From Nitrospinaceae bacterium (GTDB lineage Bacteria > Nitrospinota_A > UBA7883 > JAJDBK01): DNA of 64,000 nucleotides. The notes beneath the pieces were generated by a model that was not told where the DNA came from, searched no databases, and worked only from the letters and a program-made list of their open reading frames with translations. The DNA lies in contig JAJDBK010000057.1 in the NCBI GenBank assembly GCA_029261405.1, positions 1,906 through 65,905 on the forward strand, written 5' to 3'. Shown here piece by piece: positions 9,338-18,442 of the stretch; position 1 is the stretch's first letter, and every line of letters begins with the position of its first letter. The translations under genes and the position numbers were made by a program.

Positions 9338-10135
9338 CTATATTTTCACCGCTCTTATATATATCACCTCGTAGGTTATCCCTACACCACCTTCGACGGC
9401 AAACTTTTGATGGTATTTCTCCATGAAGGCGCACATAACCGAACGTCTGCCGAGTCCGAGGAACGAAAGCCCCGGATTGTTCTGAACACCGCTTTTTTTC
9501 AGGGTTCGCAGTAGCTCCTTAACATCCGCATATACCTTGCGAACGGTAACGCTGGTGGTCTCTATGGCAAACAGGGAACGGCCCGCCAATTCGATTTCAT
9601 CGGCGGAGAGAAAATTTACGAATGTGTCATCCGGTATCTTTTTCCCACAAACCTCAAACCCAGCGATCATCGCATCCCTTATTTCGTGGAAAGTATTTTT
9701 ACCCAGTGTCGTTGCCATGAAAACGCCGCCGGGTATTAAAACCCTTGCCGACTCGGCAAAAACATCGCCAAGGTCAGGCGCCCACTGCAACATCAGATTG
9801 GAGGTAACAAGATCGACAGAACCCCTCTTTACTGGAAGAGATACAGCGTCAGCCTGAGCGATGTGCAAAGCTCCACCCTTCTCTTTCGCAAGCAACGCCA
9901 TCTTCATGGAGGTGTCCAACGCCACAGTTGTGTGGAACGATCCCGATTGCGCCAGTCTTTGCGTCAGCCATCCGGGGCCACATCCGAGATCGAGGCATAC
10001 ACCCGATGTTCCACTGGTGGCGACTCTCCTTGCAAGGGTGTCGGCTGTCTCTTTCTGGAAAATGGCGTACCGTTCGTAGCTCTTTGCGTTCAGATCAAAA
10101 GAACTGCGAACCGCCGCACCTACAGCGGGGGGCAT
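9338..10135 (-). CDS. bioC: Malonyl-ACP O-methyltransferase
   Basis: F..AKSYERYA.FQ, LDLGCGPG, SNLMLQW, TYEV; bio operon context. Confidence 0.88.
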   Translation of the reverse strand: MPPAVGAAVRSSFDLNAKSYERYAIFQKETADTLARRVATSGTSGVCLDLGCGPGWLTQRLAQSGSFHTTVALDTSMKMALLAKEKGGALHIAQADAVSLPVKRGSVDLVTSNLMLQWAPDLGDVFAESARVLIPGGVFMATTLGKNTFHEIRDAMIAGFEVCGKKIPDDTFVNFLSADEIELAGRSLFAIETTSVTVRKVYADVKELLRTLKKSGVQNNPGLSFLGLGRRSVMCAFMEKYHQKFAVEGGVGITYEVIYIRAVKI

Positions 10136-10951
10136 TCACTCACCTTTTGTGACATTGTAATAGACCGAATCGGCCACATCCGAAATCTTTGTAAGGTGTG
10201 GAGCGTGTCCAGATCCTTTAATGCTCTGCTCGCTCACGCCAGGGAAGATGCGTCTCCAGAGAGACTGGCCTCCGGGTGGCGTGATCGAATCCATATCCCC
10301 GCAGATGGCTGTTACCACGCCTTTGTAGGACGACCTTGCCCCGGTAAGATCGACGCTTGCAAGCTCTCGAAGAGTGTCTAACATCGCTTCCCCGCACGGG
10401 GTCAAACCGGGGGGCAGAAGGAGCCGTTCGATCTCGTTTTTCGCAAGCTCCCCCAAAGCCTCGCCGGTGGCGAAGAACATTCCGATAAACGCTTTTAACC
10501 CCGCTTCCGGGTCCGCTGACATCATGGAGAGCATTCTTCGCACCTTCGCCCCACTCTGCCCGGTGGCCCTCTCCTTGCCGGGAGCGACAAAACGGGCGGA
10601 GGCGGAGAGGAGCGTCAGTGAGAGAGGCGCCGGACCTTTCATATTGATGCAATACTTCGCCGCCACCGTTCCACCCATCGACCATCCGAGAAGATGAAAC
10701 CGTGGGATATCGAGTTTTTTTACAATGGTGGCGATATCGAGGGTGTAACGGTCGAAAGTGTATGGCCCCGGTACGTTTTTCGCCGAGCCGTGTCCCGCCA
10801 GGTCGGTTGCCACAACCCGCAATCGGTCTTTCAACCGCCCGGCAAGGGGCGCAAAGCTCTCTTTTGTCTGCCCCCAACCGTGGATCATCAGGATAACCGG
10901 CGCGTTCTTTGGGCCTTGATCGTCGATGTAATGCAAAATACCTTCACTCAT
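10136..10951 (-). CDS. bioH: Pimeloyl-ACP methyl ester esterase (BioH-like alpha/beta hydrolase)
   Basis: IHGWG, DLAGHG, GWSMGG, GHAPH; bio operon context. Confidence 0.8.
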   Translation of the reverse strand: MSEGILHYIDDQGPKNAPVILMIHGWGQTKESFAPLAGRLKDRLRVVATDLAGHGSAKNVPGPYTFDRYTLDIATIVKKLDIPRFHLLGWSMGGTVAAKYCINMKGPAPLSLTLLSASARFVAPGKERATGQSGAKVRRMLSMMSADPEAGLKAFIGMFFATGEALGELAKNEIERLLLPPGLTPCGEAMLDTLRELASVDLTGARSSYKGVVTAICGDMDSITPPGGQSLWRRIFPGVSEQSIKGSGHAPHLTKISDVADSVYYNVTKGE

Positions 10952-11051
10952 AATCAATTAGCCATTTTATCAGGATAAGATCATCATTTTGGAAAAAGTC
11001 TATGCCATCATGTAGAATTGTATCCGTTAAACAATCGGAGAATAAATTCAG

Positions 11052-11528
11052 ATGAATCTTGAAGATATAGATAAAAGGATCCTCAATATAATCCAGACCG
11101 GGTTTCCCATAACCCACGCGCCTTACACCGAGATCGGTGAAAAGGTAGGAGTGGATGAGGATGAGGCCTTCAATCGGGTCAAAGCGATGTTCGACGGAGG
11201 TGTCATTCGACGCATTGGCGGTAGTTTCGACTCGCGTGGTCTCGGCTGGACATCAACATTGTGCGCATTAAAAGTCCCTTCCGACAAGATCGAGGAGGCG
11301 GCCAAAGTCGTAAGCCGATATGCGAATGTAACCCATAACTACGAACGGAACCACGAATACAACCTCTGGTTCACCGTAATAGCTCCCGACACCGACGAAG
11401 TTGACCGAATTTTGAAAGAGATCCACCGCGACTCAGGTTTCGGACCGGTAAGGAACATGCCGCTTATCAAAAAGTTCAAGATCAAGGTCGATTTCCAGTT
11501 CAAGGAAAAGAAGGAGGCGACAGCATGA
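11052..11528 (+). CDS. ahbA: Siroheme decarboxylase alpha subunit (AhbA/NirD-like)
   Basis: IQTGFPI..PY, GVIRRIG, VTHNYER.H.YNLWFT. Confidence 0.88.
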   Translation: MNLEDIDKRILNIIQTGFPITHAPYTEIGEKVGVDEDEAFNRVKAMFDGGVIRRIGGSFDSRGLGWTSTLCALKVPSDKIEEAAKVVSRYANVTHNYERNHEYNLWFTVIAPDTDEVDRILKEIHRDSGFGPVRNMPLIKKFKIKVDFQFKEKKEATA

Positions 11529-12031
11529 AAAAAGAGATCAAAGCTTCCGATGTAGCGATCATGAAAGAGTTGCAGGGCCATCTGCCGATGGTGAAAAACC
11601 CGTTTGCCGCTATAGCCGAAAAGCTGGGAATCGCCGAGGATGAAGTGATAAACAAAACCCGCGAGTATGGCGAAAAAAAATATTACAGAAGATTCGGCGC
11701 CACCCTGCGTCACCACAAGGCCGGGTTCACCGCCAACGGCATGGGCATATGGAGCGTTCCGAAAGAAGAGGAACGAGCGCCCATGGGTGAGCTTCTTTCA
11801 AACCGACCGGAAGTTAGCCACGCATACGAACGTCCTTCGTTCCCCGATTGGCCTTACCACCTATTCACCATGATCCACGGTGAGTCGGAGGAGGAGGTGC
11901 TAAAAATCGCAAAAGGGATGAGTGAAGAGACGGGTATAACTGAATACGACGTGCTTTTCTCCACACGCGAATTCAAAAAAAGCTCCATGAGATATTTCGA
12001 CGCCTGGCCTCTGCCGGACAATGAACAATAA
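11525..12031 (+). CDS. ahbB: Siroheme decarboxylase beta subunit (AhbB/NirH-like)
   Basis: RRFGATLRH.KAGF.ANGM, VSHAYERP, WPY.LFTMIH, LFS.REFKK.SM.YF. Confidence 0.88.
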   Translation: MKKEIKASDVAIMKELQGHLPMVKNPFAAIAEKLGIAEDEVINKTREYGEKKYYRRFGATLRHHKAGFTANGMGIWSVPKEEERAPMGELLSNRPEVSHAYERPSFPDWPYHLFTMIHGESEEEVLKIAKGMSEETGITEYDVLFSTREFKKSSMRYFDAWPLPDNEQ

Positions 12032-12052
12032 TTTTATTCTGGAAGGATTACG

Positions 12053-12979
12053 ATGAGTCTTCTTGTTGTTGGCACTATGGCGTATGACAGTGTTAAAACG
12101 CCGTTTGGCGAAAAAGAGCGCGCCCTCGGCGGTTCCGCCACATATTTTTCTTTATCCGCAGGTTTCTTTACCGATGTAAAACTTTGCGCTGTTATCGGTG
12201 AGGATTTCGAAGATGCGGATATGGACCTCCTGCATAAGCGGGGCGTTGATACCGAAGGGGTGATAAAACTTCCCGGCAAATCGTTTCACTGGAAAGGTGA
12301 ATACGGTTACGACCTTAACGAAGCGAAAACCCTCGACACACAGTTAAATGTGCTGGCCGATTTCGATCCGGTACTGCCAGAGTCTTACAAGGATGCGGAG
12401 TATGTATTCCTCGCCAACATCGACCCTGCGTTACAGGGCAAGGTTCTCGATCAGGTAAAAAACCCGAAACTCGTGGCGTGCGACACCATGAACTTCTGGA
12501 TTGATGGCGCCATTGAGGAGCTTAAAAAAACTATGGCGCGTATCGACCTTCTGATAATAAACGAAGGCGAAGCGCGGCAGTTGGCCGGGACACCGAATCT
12601 CGTACAGGCGGCCAGAACGATCCGCGACATGGGTCCGCACACCCTGATAATAAAACAGGGGGAGTATGGCGCCCTCCTTTTCAGTGGCGATAATGTCTTC
12701 TCCGCTCCTGCGTATCCGTTGGAGGAGGTGTTCGACCCGACAGGCGCGGGAGACACATTTGCTGGTGGTGTCATGGGGCATCTTGCACGGCGTAACGAAT
12801 CGGATATCGACGAAAAGGTTTTGCGGCAAGCCATCATAATGGGTTCTGTTATGGCGTCTTTTACAGTGGAGAAATTTTCGGTGGAGTCGCTTGTGGACCT
12901 GGAGCGAAAAGAAGTCGCCCAGCGGTTCCGGCAGTTTCACGCAATGACACGATTCGAAGAAGTCACGGATATAGCGTGA
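12053..12979 (+). CDS. PfkB-family sugar/nucleoside kinase
   Basis: LGGSATY, NEGEA, DPTGAGDTFAGG. Confidence 0.93.
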   Translation: MSLLVVGTMAYDSVKTPFGEKERALGGSATYFSLSAGFFTDVKLCAVIGEDFEDADMDLLHKRGVDTEGVIKLPGKSFHWKGEYGYDLNEAKTLDTQLNVLADFDPVLPESYKDAEYVFLANIDPALQGKVLDQVKNPKLVACDTMNFWIDGAIEELKKTMARIDLLIINEGEARQLAGTPNLVQAARTIRDMGPHTLIIKQGEYGALLFSGDNVFSAPAYPLEEVFDPTGAGDTFAGGVMGHLARRNESDIDEKVLRQAIIMGSVMASFTVEKFSVESLVDLERKEVAQRFRQFHAMTRFEEVTDIA

Positions 12980-12995
12980 GAGCAGGGGGGTTAGC

Positions 12996-13343
12996 ATGAT
13001 TGACTTTAAGCGGAATTCCGATCCCGCGCCGATTGGCATTCTTATAGTATTGTCCACGGTCTTTCCGGGGGCGGGACAACTTGCCAACGGGCAGAACTCT
13101 AAAGGGATCGGTTTTATCGCCGCCGCCGGAATCCTGCTCGCCCTCTTTTTCGTATACCTCGCTTTCACCATCGGGCCGATACTCGGAACGATAAGCGCTG
13201 GCAAGGAACCTGTCATGACCGATGATTTAATGAGCGGCGTAAAGACCCTGGCGGCGATATTCGGCGCAGGTTTCATCGTCTGGATCTGGGCGACTATCGA
13301 CGCTGTGATCGTGGGGAAGAAGAGGCTTGCCGGTAAGAAGTGA
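12996..13343 (+). CDS. Small membrane protein
   Basis: LS.VFPGAGQL.NGQ..KG motif and 3 hydrophobic segments. Confidence 0.7.
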   Translation: MIDFKRNSDPAPIGILIVLSTVFPGAGQLANGQNSKGIGFIAAAGILLALFFVYLAFTIGPILGTISAGKEPVMTDDLMSGVKTLAAIFGAGFIVWIWATIDAVIVGKKRLAGKK

Positions 13344-13891
13344 GGATTATAGGAGGCGAATTTAAAGGCGCCAACATTTACGGCCCTAAAGGTAAGGAGA
13401 CCCGCCCTACCGCTTCGAGAACGCGGGAGTCGCTCTTTAACATCCTTGGCGCCGCGGTGATGGGATCGAGGTTTCTCGATCTTTTCGCAGGAGCCGGAGC
13501 TGTGGGGTTTGAGGCGTATTCGCGCGGGGCGAAACGGGTTGTGATGGTGGATAACAAACAGATCGACCTGATCGCCCGGAACTGCGCTAAGTTGAGGATC
13601 AAAACCGACGACAGGTTCCACGCCATCCGGGGCGACGCGCTTGTGTCTATGAACGCGCTGATTTCACGGTCGGAAAAATTCGATTACGTCTTCGCCGACC
13701 CTCCGTGGGGTGAGGGGTATGAGAACATCATTCTGGAAGGCGCCCTTCTCCTGCTTGATGACAATGGAACGTTGATTCTGGAGGAGGACTCGAAGATGGA
13801 TGCGCCGAAACAAAACTCGGACGGCAGTCTTGTCCTGACGAAGAGCAGACGGTACGGTTCGGCTACCCTGAATTTTTATTCCGCTCCGTAA
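13340..13891 (+). CDS. rsmD: 16S rRNA m2G966 methyltransferase
   Basis: [32 protein letters not shown]. Confidence 0.95.
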   Translation: MRIIGGEFKGANIYGPKGKETRPTASRTRESLFNILGAAVMGSRFLDLFAGAGAVGFEAYSRGAKRVVMVDNKQIDLIARNCAKLRIKTDDRFHAIRGDALVSMNALISRSEKFDYVFADPPWGEGYENIILEGALLLLDDNGTLILEEDSKMDAPKQNSDGSLVLTKSRRYGSATLNFYSAP

Positions 13892-14627
13892 TGCTTTTGA
13901 GGAACGGCCCGATAAAATCCATCGGTAACGGCACAATGTTGTTGGTGGTCCCCTCCGAAGATATCTCCCGAATGGTCTGAAGGTAACGCAGGGTGAGGGC
14001 CGCCGGGTTACGCGCCATTATCGCCGCCGCGTCAGCCAGTTTTTCCGATGCCTGAAACTCTCCTTCGGCGTTGATGATTTTTGCTCTTCGCTCTCTCTCG
14101 GCTTCGGCCTGTTTAGCCATGGCTCTCTGCATCTCGGTCGGCAGATCGACATGTTTTATCTCGACGTTTGCGACCTTGATGCCCCACGGGTCTGTCCGTG
14201 TGTCGAGGATCGTCTGTAACTCGTTGTTGATCTTTTCCCGTTCACAGAGCAGTTCGTCGAGTTCCACCTGTCCGAGTACGGATCTAAGGGATGTCTGGGC
14301 GAGCTGGCTAGTGGCGAATAAAAAATCCTCCACCTGTACCACCGCGCGATCCGGATCGAAGACGCGGAAATAGACAACGGCGTTTACTTTGACGGAGACG
14401 TTATCCTTGGTGATGATGTCCTGGGATGGAACGTCGAGCACGATAAGGCGCAGGGAGACCTTGACCATCTTATCGATGATGGGCCACACAATAACCAGCC
14501 CCGGCCCCTTGATAGCCAGCACCCGCCCCAGCCGAAACACCACCCCCCGTTCGTATTCGTTGAGCACACGAAGCGCGGAGAGAATAACAAGAAGAATCGC
14601 AATGAAGACAAACGCGCCGCCAGACAT
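13863..14627 (-). CDS. SPFH/band 7 (slipin/stomatin-like) protein
   Basis: [47 protein letters not shown]. Confidence 0.95.
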   Translation of the reverse strand: MSGGAFVFIAILLVILSALRVLNEYERGVVFRLGRVLAIKGPGLVIVWPIIDKMVKVSLRLIVLDVPSQDIITKDNVSVKVNAVVYFRVFDPDRAVVQVEDFLFATSQLAQTSLRSVLGQVELDELLCEREKINNELQTILDTRTDPWGIKVANVEIKHVDLPTEMQRAMAKQAEAERERRAKIINAEGEFQASEKLADAAAIMARNPAALTLRYLQTIREISSEGTTNNIVPLPMDFIGPFLKSITERNKNSG

Positions 14628-14776
14628 AACCGCCTCCTGTTTTTGTCGAGAGTTTTACACGTTGATGATACACCAATTGGGGCGAGGGGATATATAAGGA
14701 TTCATCAGTTAATACAATCAGTAAATAATCGTGTTAAAATGCTCACTTATTCTGTACATAACGAAACAGGCTGACA

Positions 14777-16138
14777 ATGGACAGTTCTTACACCGATGAA
14801 GGGATCACCTCATTATCCGTTCGCGGATTTAAATCTATCGCTGACGAAAGTCGGATTGAGTTACGTCCGCTGACAATTCTTGCGGGGGCAAACAGTTCGG
14901 GTAAATCGAGCATAATACAGCCGCTTCTTTTAATGAAACAGACTTTGGAAGCTACATACGACCCAGGCGCACTATATTCGGATGGTCCGTTACTTCAATT
15001 TACATCATCAGACCAGTTGCTATCAAGCAAACCTGTTAAATCAAAATCGTTTAGTCTCTCTCTTGAGTTGTCCAATTCAGATCGTTTGGAGATTGAATTT
15101 GGCCAGGATAAGAAGGTTGCCTTTGTTGTCAATAAAATGAAATTTACCAGAAACAATAATACTTTAGATCTGAAGGTAAATATGACATCAGAGGAAATCA
15201 AAAACATCACTGCTCCTTATTTGGAAAAGGGCATTTTTTCTCTTCTTTCTGGTAATTACAATGTAATTGAAGAAATGGAAAAAGACAAAACTACGAATTG
15301 CAAAATAAAGAGGGATAGATGTTTCTTAACTGTTTTCTTTGTCGTACCAAAAGATAACTCCGAGCTTGAAAAAGAAAGGATGATGAGATGGATTAGCTGG
15401 ATACCAACCACTATCGGAGCAGACTTGAACATTTTTCAACATAATATTACAAATCTTATCCATCTACCAGCATGGAGAGGTTCACCAAAACGGATATATA
15501 ACAAAACGGCGGTTGGAGATGTTTTCCCAGGCAGGTTTACTGAATATTTTCCTGGAATTATCGTGGACTGGTATGAGAAAGACAAACTCTATAAATTAAA
15601 TGCTTGCCTGAAACAATTAGGTCTTACTTGGAAAGTAATGCCGAAAATAATTAATGAAACCCAAGTGGAACTACATGTTGGACGAACATGCAAAAGTGTG
15701 CGAGGTGGAGGAAGTGATACTGTCAATATCGCTGATGTTGGATTTGGAGTTTCACAGGTATTGCCAATACTAGTAGCGTTACTTGTCGCTAGGAAAGGTC
15801 AAACTGTACATATAGAAGAGCCGGAGATTCATTTACATCCTGCCGCCCAGCGTGATCTGGCGAAGATTATCACGACAGCCGTTAACCGAGGTGTAAGGGT
15901 CATCATGGAAACTCACAGTTCCATTCTACTCCTTGGAGTGCAGACATTGGTGGCTAAAGGTGAAATGGCGGCTGACGATGTAAAATTACACTGGTTTTCC
16001 AGAAACAAAAAAGACGGAACCGCTAAAATTGAACCGGGTGATCTTGACAAAAATGGAGCATACGGGGATTGGCCTGTGGATTTTGATGATGTCTCTCTCG
16101 AACAAGAGGAAGAGTATCTCGACACTGTTCAGCGATAA
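14777..16138 (+). CDS. ABC-type (AAA_15/AAA_21-like) ATPase with DUF3696-like C-terminus
   Basis: GFKS N-terminus, Walker A GANSSGKS, signature DVGFGVSQVLP, Walker B IEEPEIHLHP, H-loop ETHS, C-terminal WP.DF; AT-rich. Confidence 0.88.
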   Translation: MDSSYTDEGITSLSVRGFKSIADESRIELRPLTILAGANSSGKSSIIQPLLLMKQTLEATYDPGALYSDGPLLQFTSSDQLLSSKPVKSKSFSLSLELSNSDRLEIEFGQDKKVAFVVNKMKFTRNNNTLDLKVNMTSEEIKNITAPYLEKGIFSLLSGNYNVIEEMEKDKTTNCKIKRDRCFLTVFFVVPKDNSELEKERMMRWISWIPTTIGADLNIFQHNITNLIHLPAWRGSPKRIYNKTAVGDVFPGRFTEYFPGIIVDWYEKDKLYKLNACLKQLGLTWKVMPKIINETQVELHVGRTCKSVRGGGSDTVNIADVGFGVSQVLPILVALLVARKGQTVHIEEPEIHLHPAAQRDLAKIITTAVNRGVRVIMETHSSILLLGVQTLVAKGEMAADDVKLHWFSRNKKDGTAKIEPGDLDKNGAYGDWPVDFDDVSLEQEEEYLDTVQR

Positions 16139-16149
16139 AAGCTCCTGTT

Positions 16150-16689
16150 GTGAAAAAGAAAATATCAGAGTTCGTAGTTGACGCTTCAGTAATGAGATCG
16201 GCTGGCGATGAAAATGCTATAAAGGAAGGTTCCAAAAATTGCAGGGACTTTCTTAAGGCAATGAGAGAGACAAAGTGTAAAGTTGTCCTGACTTCAGAGA
16301 TTAAGGTTGAATGGAAAAAGAACCTATCAAAATATGCTCGGAAATGGTGGTCTTTCATGACAAAGTCCGGGCGAATAACTTACCGTAAAAATACTGTTAA
16401 TGATGACTTACGAAAAACAATAGAGAATAGCGAAAAGCTTAAAACAGACAAACGAAGAAATGCGGCGTTGAAAGACGCAATTCTAATCGAAGCGGCTTTG
16501 GCTACCGACGAAGCTGTAGTGTCACAAGACGATCATGCAAGGCGGGATTTCAAGGTTATCGCAGGTGAATATAAACGAATTAAATCCATTCTATGGATTA
16601 ATCCTGTAAGCGAAGAAGATAACGCGCTTGAGTGGTTAAATAACGGCGCGAGAAAAGAAGATAAACTTCTACTTGGATTCCAAAACTAA
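16150..16689 (+). CDS. PIN-like hypothetical protein
   Basis: N-terminal VVDASV, central EW, C-terminal KDAILIEAAL....VVSQD match PIN acidic-residue spacing; AT-rich; 11 bp after the ATPase. Confidence 0.6.
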   Translation: MKKKISEFVVDASVMRSAGDENAIKEGSKNCRDFLKAMRETKCKVVLTSEIKVEWKKNLSKYARKWWSFMTKSGRITYRKNTVNDDLRKTIENSEKLKTDKRRNAALKDAILIEAALATDEAVVSQDDHARRDFKVIAGEYKRIKSILWINPVSEEDNALEWLNNGARKEDKLLLGFQN

Positions 16690-17711
16690 CTAACCGGCGG
16701 CAGTGGTCCCGCTGTTTTGCCCGGTTGCAGGATCGGGTTTTTTCCATTTTTATCTACGAACCTGCCGTAGTATAGATTCTGGACGTGGTTGCCTTGCACG
16801 AAAAATAACCATCGTTCCGCGAGGCCACCTATCAGCATCGATAGCGCCGCCAACACTCCCCATGTCGAGGGGTGACCGTTGAATACCGCCACATAATCGA
16901 GCGTTAACATTGAGAGGGGCAGGATAAACAAAACCGTCATCACAAACCAGATCATGGCTCGTTCAATTTTCTTCCCCGATTTGTGGAAATATTCCCGCGT
17001 GTTGTAATTCTCATACGCGCATCCTGTATCCATCAGCACGATGTCCGACCGCCACGCGCCAATTGCGCTTTGCAATGTTGTGGAGCTGTAGGCCGTTGAA
17101 TTGTAGAGGTACGACATACCTTTGGCTGTCATGGCTATCACCGTTACCGGAATCGCCATCCTCAGCAGTATCATTATCAGGTCGTGATCCGCCTTGACCA
17201 GCTCCAGCGTCGCCAACAGAATCACCGACCCACCAGCCAGACCAATCACCACAAAGTTGATCGGTGTGTACGGGTTCGCCCACTCCCTGATATATCGAAC
17301 ACTGCAATAGATCATGCCGGAGCTTATCCCCAACGCCAGCCCAACAAAAACTCCCGCCAGTCCGCTCAAAAGCCTCAGCCATGTAGCTACGCCGATGATG
17401 GCGCATATTCCGTATACAACGGTTAATCCAATAAAGAGGGGAAGTAGTAAGACTTCGCGTGATAGCCAGGAGAAACGCCATCTTTTAATCGCTTTGATTC
17501 CCCGGCTTTTATGATGCAGATGGAAAAACGAAGCCATCGTGCCCAATCCCGCCAGAGCCACCGATAAAATCACGCCGTAGAGCATGATATCAAATGAGAC
17601 CGCGCCCCCCTTCAGCAATGTAATCGCGTCGGCGCCTACCAGAAAAAAGAGGACTCCCTCCGCCATTCCGGCAAGGACCGTAAGCAGTATGATCGAGAAT
17701 TCAGGTTTCAT
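16686..17711 (-). CDS. soeC: DmsC/SoeC-type membrane anchor
   Basis: MKPEFSIILLT, SFFHL, WR.SWLSRE, MIY.S..I.EW, ERWLFF..G.H.QNLYY. Confidence 0.85.
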   Translation of the reverse strand: MKPEFSIILLTVLAGMAEGVLFFLVGADAITLLKGGAVSFDIMLYGVILSVALAGLGTMASFFHLHHKSRGIKAIKRWRFSWLSREVLLLPLFIGLTVVYGICAIIGVATWLRLLSGLAGVFVGLALGISSGMIYCSVRYIREWANPYTPINFVVIGLAGGSVILLATLELVKADHDLIMILLRMAIPVTVIAMTAKGMSYLYNSTAYSSTTLQSAIGAWRSDIVLMDTGCAYENYNTREYFHKSGKKIERAMIWFVMTVLFILPLSMLTLDYVAVFNGHPSTWGVLAALSMLIGGLAERWLFFVQGNHVQNLYYGRFVDKNGKNPILQPGKTAGPLPPVS

Positions 17712-17716
17712 ATCGG

Positions 17717-18442
17717 TTATCCCGCGAAATCGAAATATTCGGGGTCTTGTGGTCGGTCTGTTTTCTCCGCCTCTTCCACGAACTGATGTTTTTTAACAAT
17801 AACCCGCTCTTCGTCCAGCGCGGTTTTCACCGGGCGATGCGCCAGATAGCGGTTCGACGGGTTCGCCCCCGATTCGGGCATCGGCATATACCCGGCTCCA
17901 TCCCTGACTTTCACCGAAGCCGCTGAATCGGGATCATCGATATCTCCGAAGGTCCTGGCGCTTGACGGGCATGTCTTGACACAAGCGGGAACCCGTTCCT
18001 CTTCGGGAAGTTTTTCGTCGTAGATACGATCCACACAGAGGGTGCATTTTTTCATCACCCCGGCGTATTCGTCGAACTCCCGGCAACCGTAGGGGCAAGC
18101 CCACGAGCAGTATTTGCACCCGATGCACTCGTCGTAATCGACCAGCACAATGCCATCCTCCGCCCGTTTGTGAGAGGCGTTTGTCGGACAGACTTTTACG
18201 CATGGCGCGTCTTTGCAATGCATACACGATTTCGGGAAGTAGAAGACCTCGACATCAGGGTACGAGCCGACTTCATACGTCTGCACCCGGTTAAACCAGA
18301 CACCATCCGGCTCTTTTCCGTATGGCTCCCCGTCCGGCAAGGGGCCGAATGTGCCCGATGTGTTCCACTCCTTGCAGTTAACCGCGCAGGCGTGGCATCC
18401 AACGCATTTGGCAAGATCAATAACAAGAGCTAACTGTGTCAT
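17717..18442 (-). CDS. soeB: 4Fe-4S dicluster electron-transfer subunit
   Basis: CVGCHACAVNCKEWN, CMHC.DAPC..VCP, CIGCKYCSWACPY, KCTLC.DR. Confidence 0.9.
   Translation of the reverse strand: MTQLALVIDLAKCVGCHACAVNCKEWNTSGTFGPLPDGEPYGKEPDGVWFNRVQTYEVGSYPDVEVFYFPKSCMHCKDAPCVKVCPTNASHKRAEDGIVLVDYDECIGCKYCSWACPYGCREFDEYAGVMKKCTLCVDRIYDEKLPEEERVPACVKTCPSSARTFGDIDDPDSAASVKVRDGAGYMPMPESGANPSNRYLAHRPVKTALDEERVIVKKHQFVEEAEKTDRPQDPEYFDFAG

Noticed and set aside
9336-9434. N-terminal extension of BioDA given in the ORF track
   Set aside because: It overlaps the bioC 3' end; BioD homology begins at MITTG (9335).
11052-12031. Lrp/AsnC transcription regulators
   Set aside because: The paired genes have H.YER and F.M.H motifs of AhbAB/NirDLGH siroheme decarboxylases.
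12431-13621. 396-aa minus-strand ORF
   Set aside because: Antisense shadow of pfkB, the membrane protein and rsmD; no motifs.
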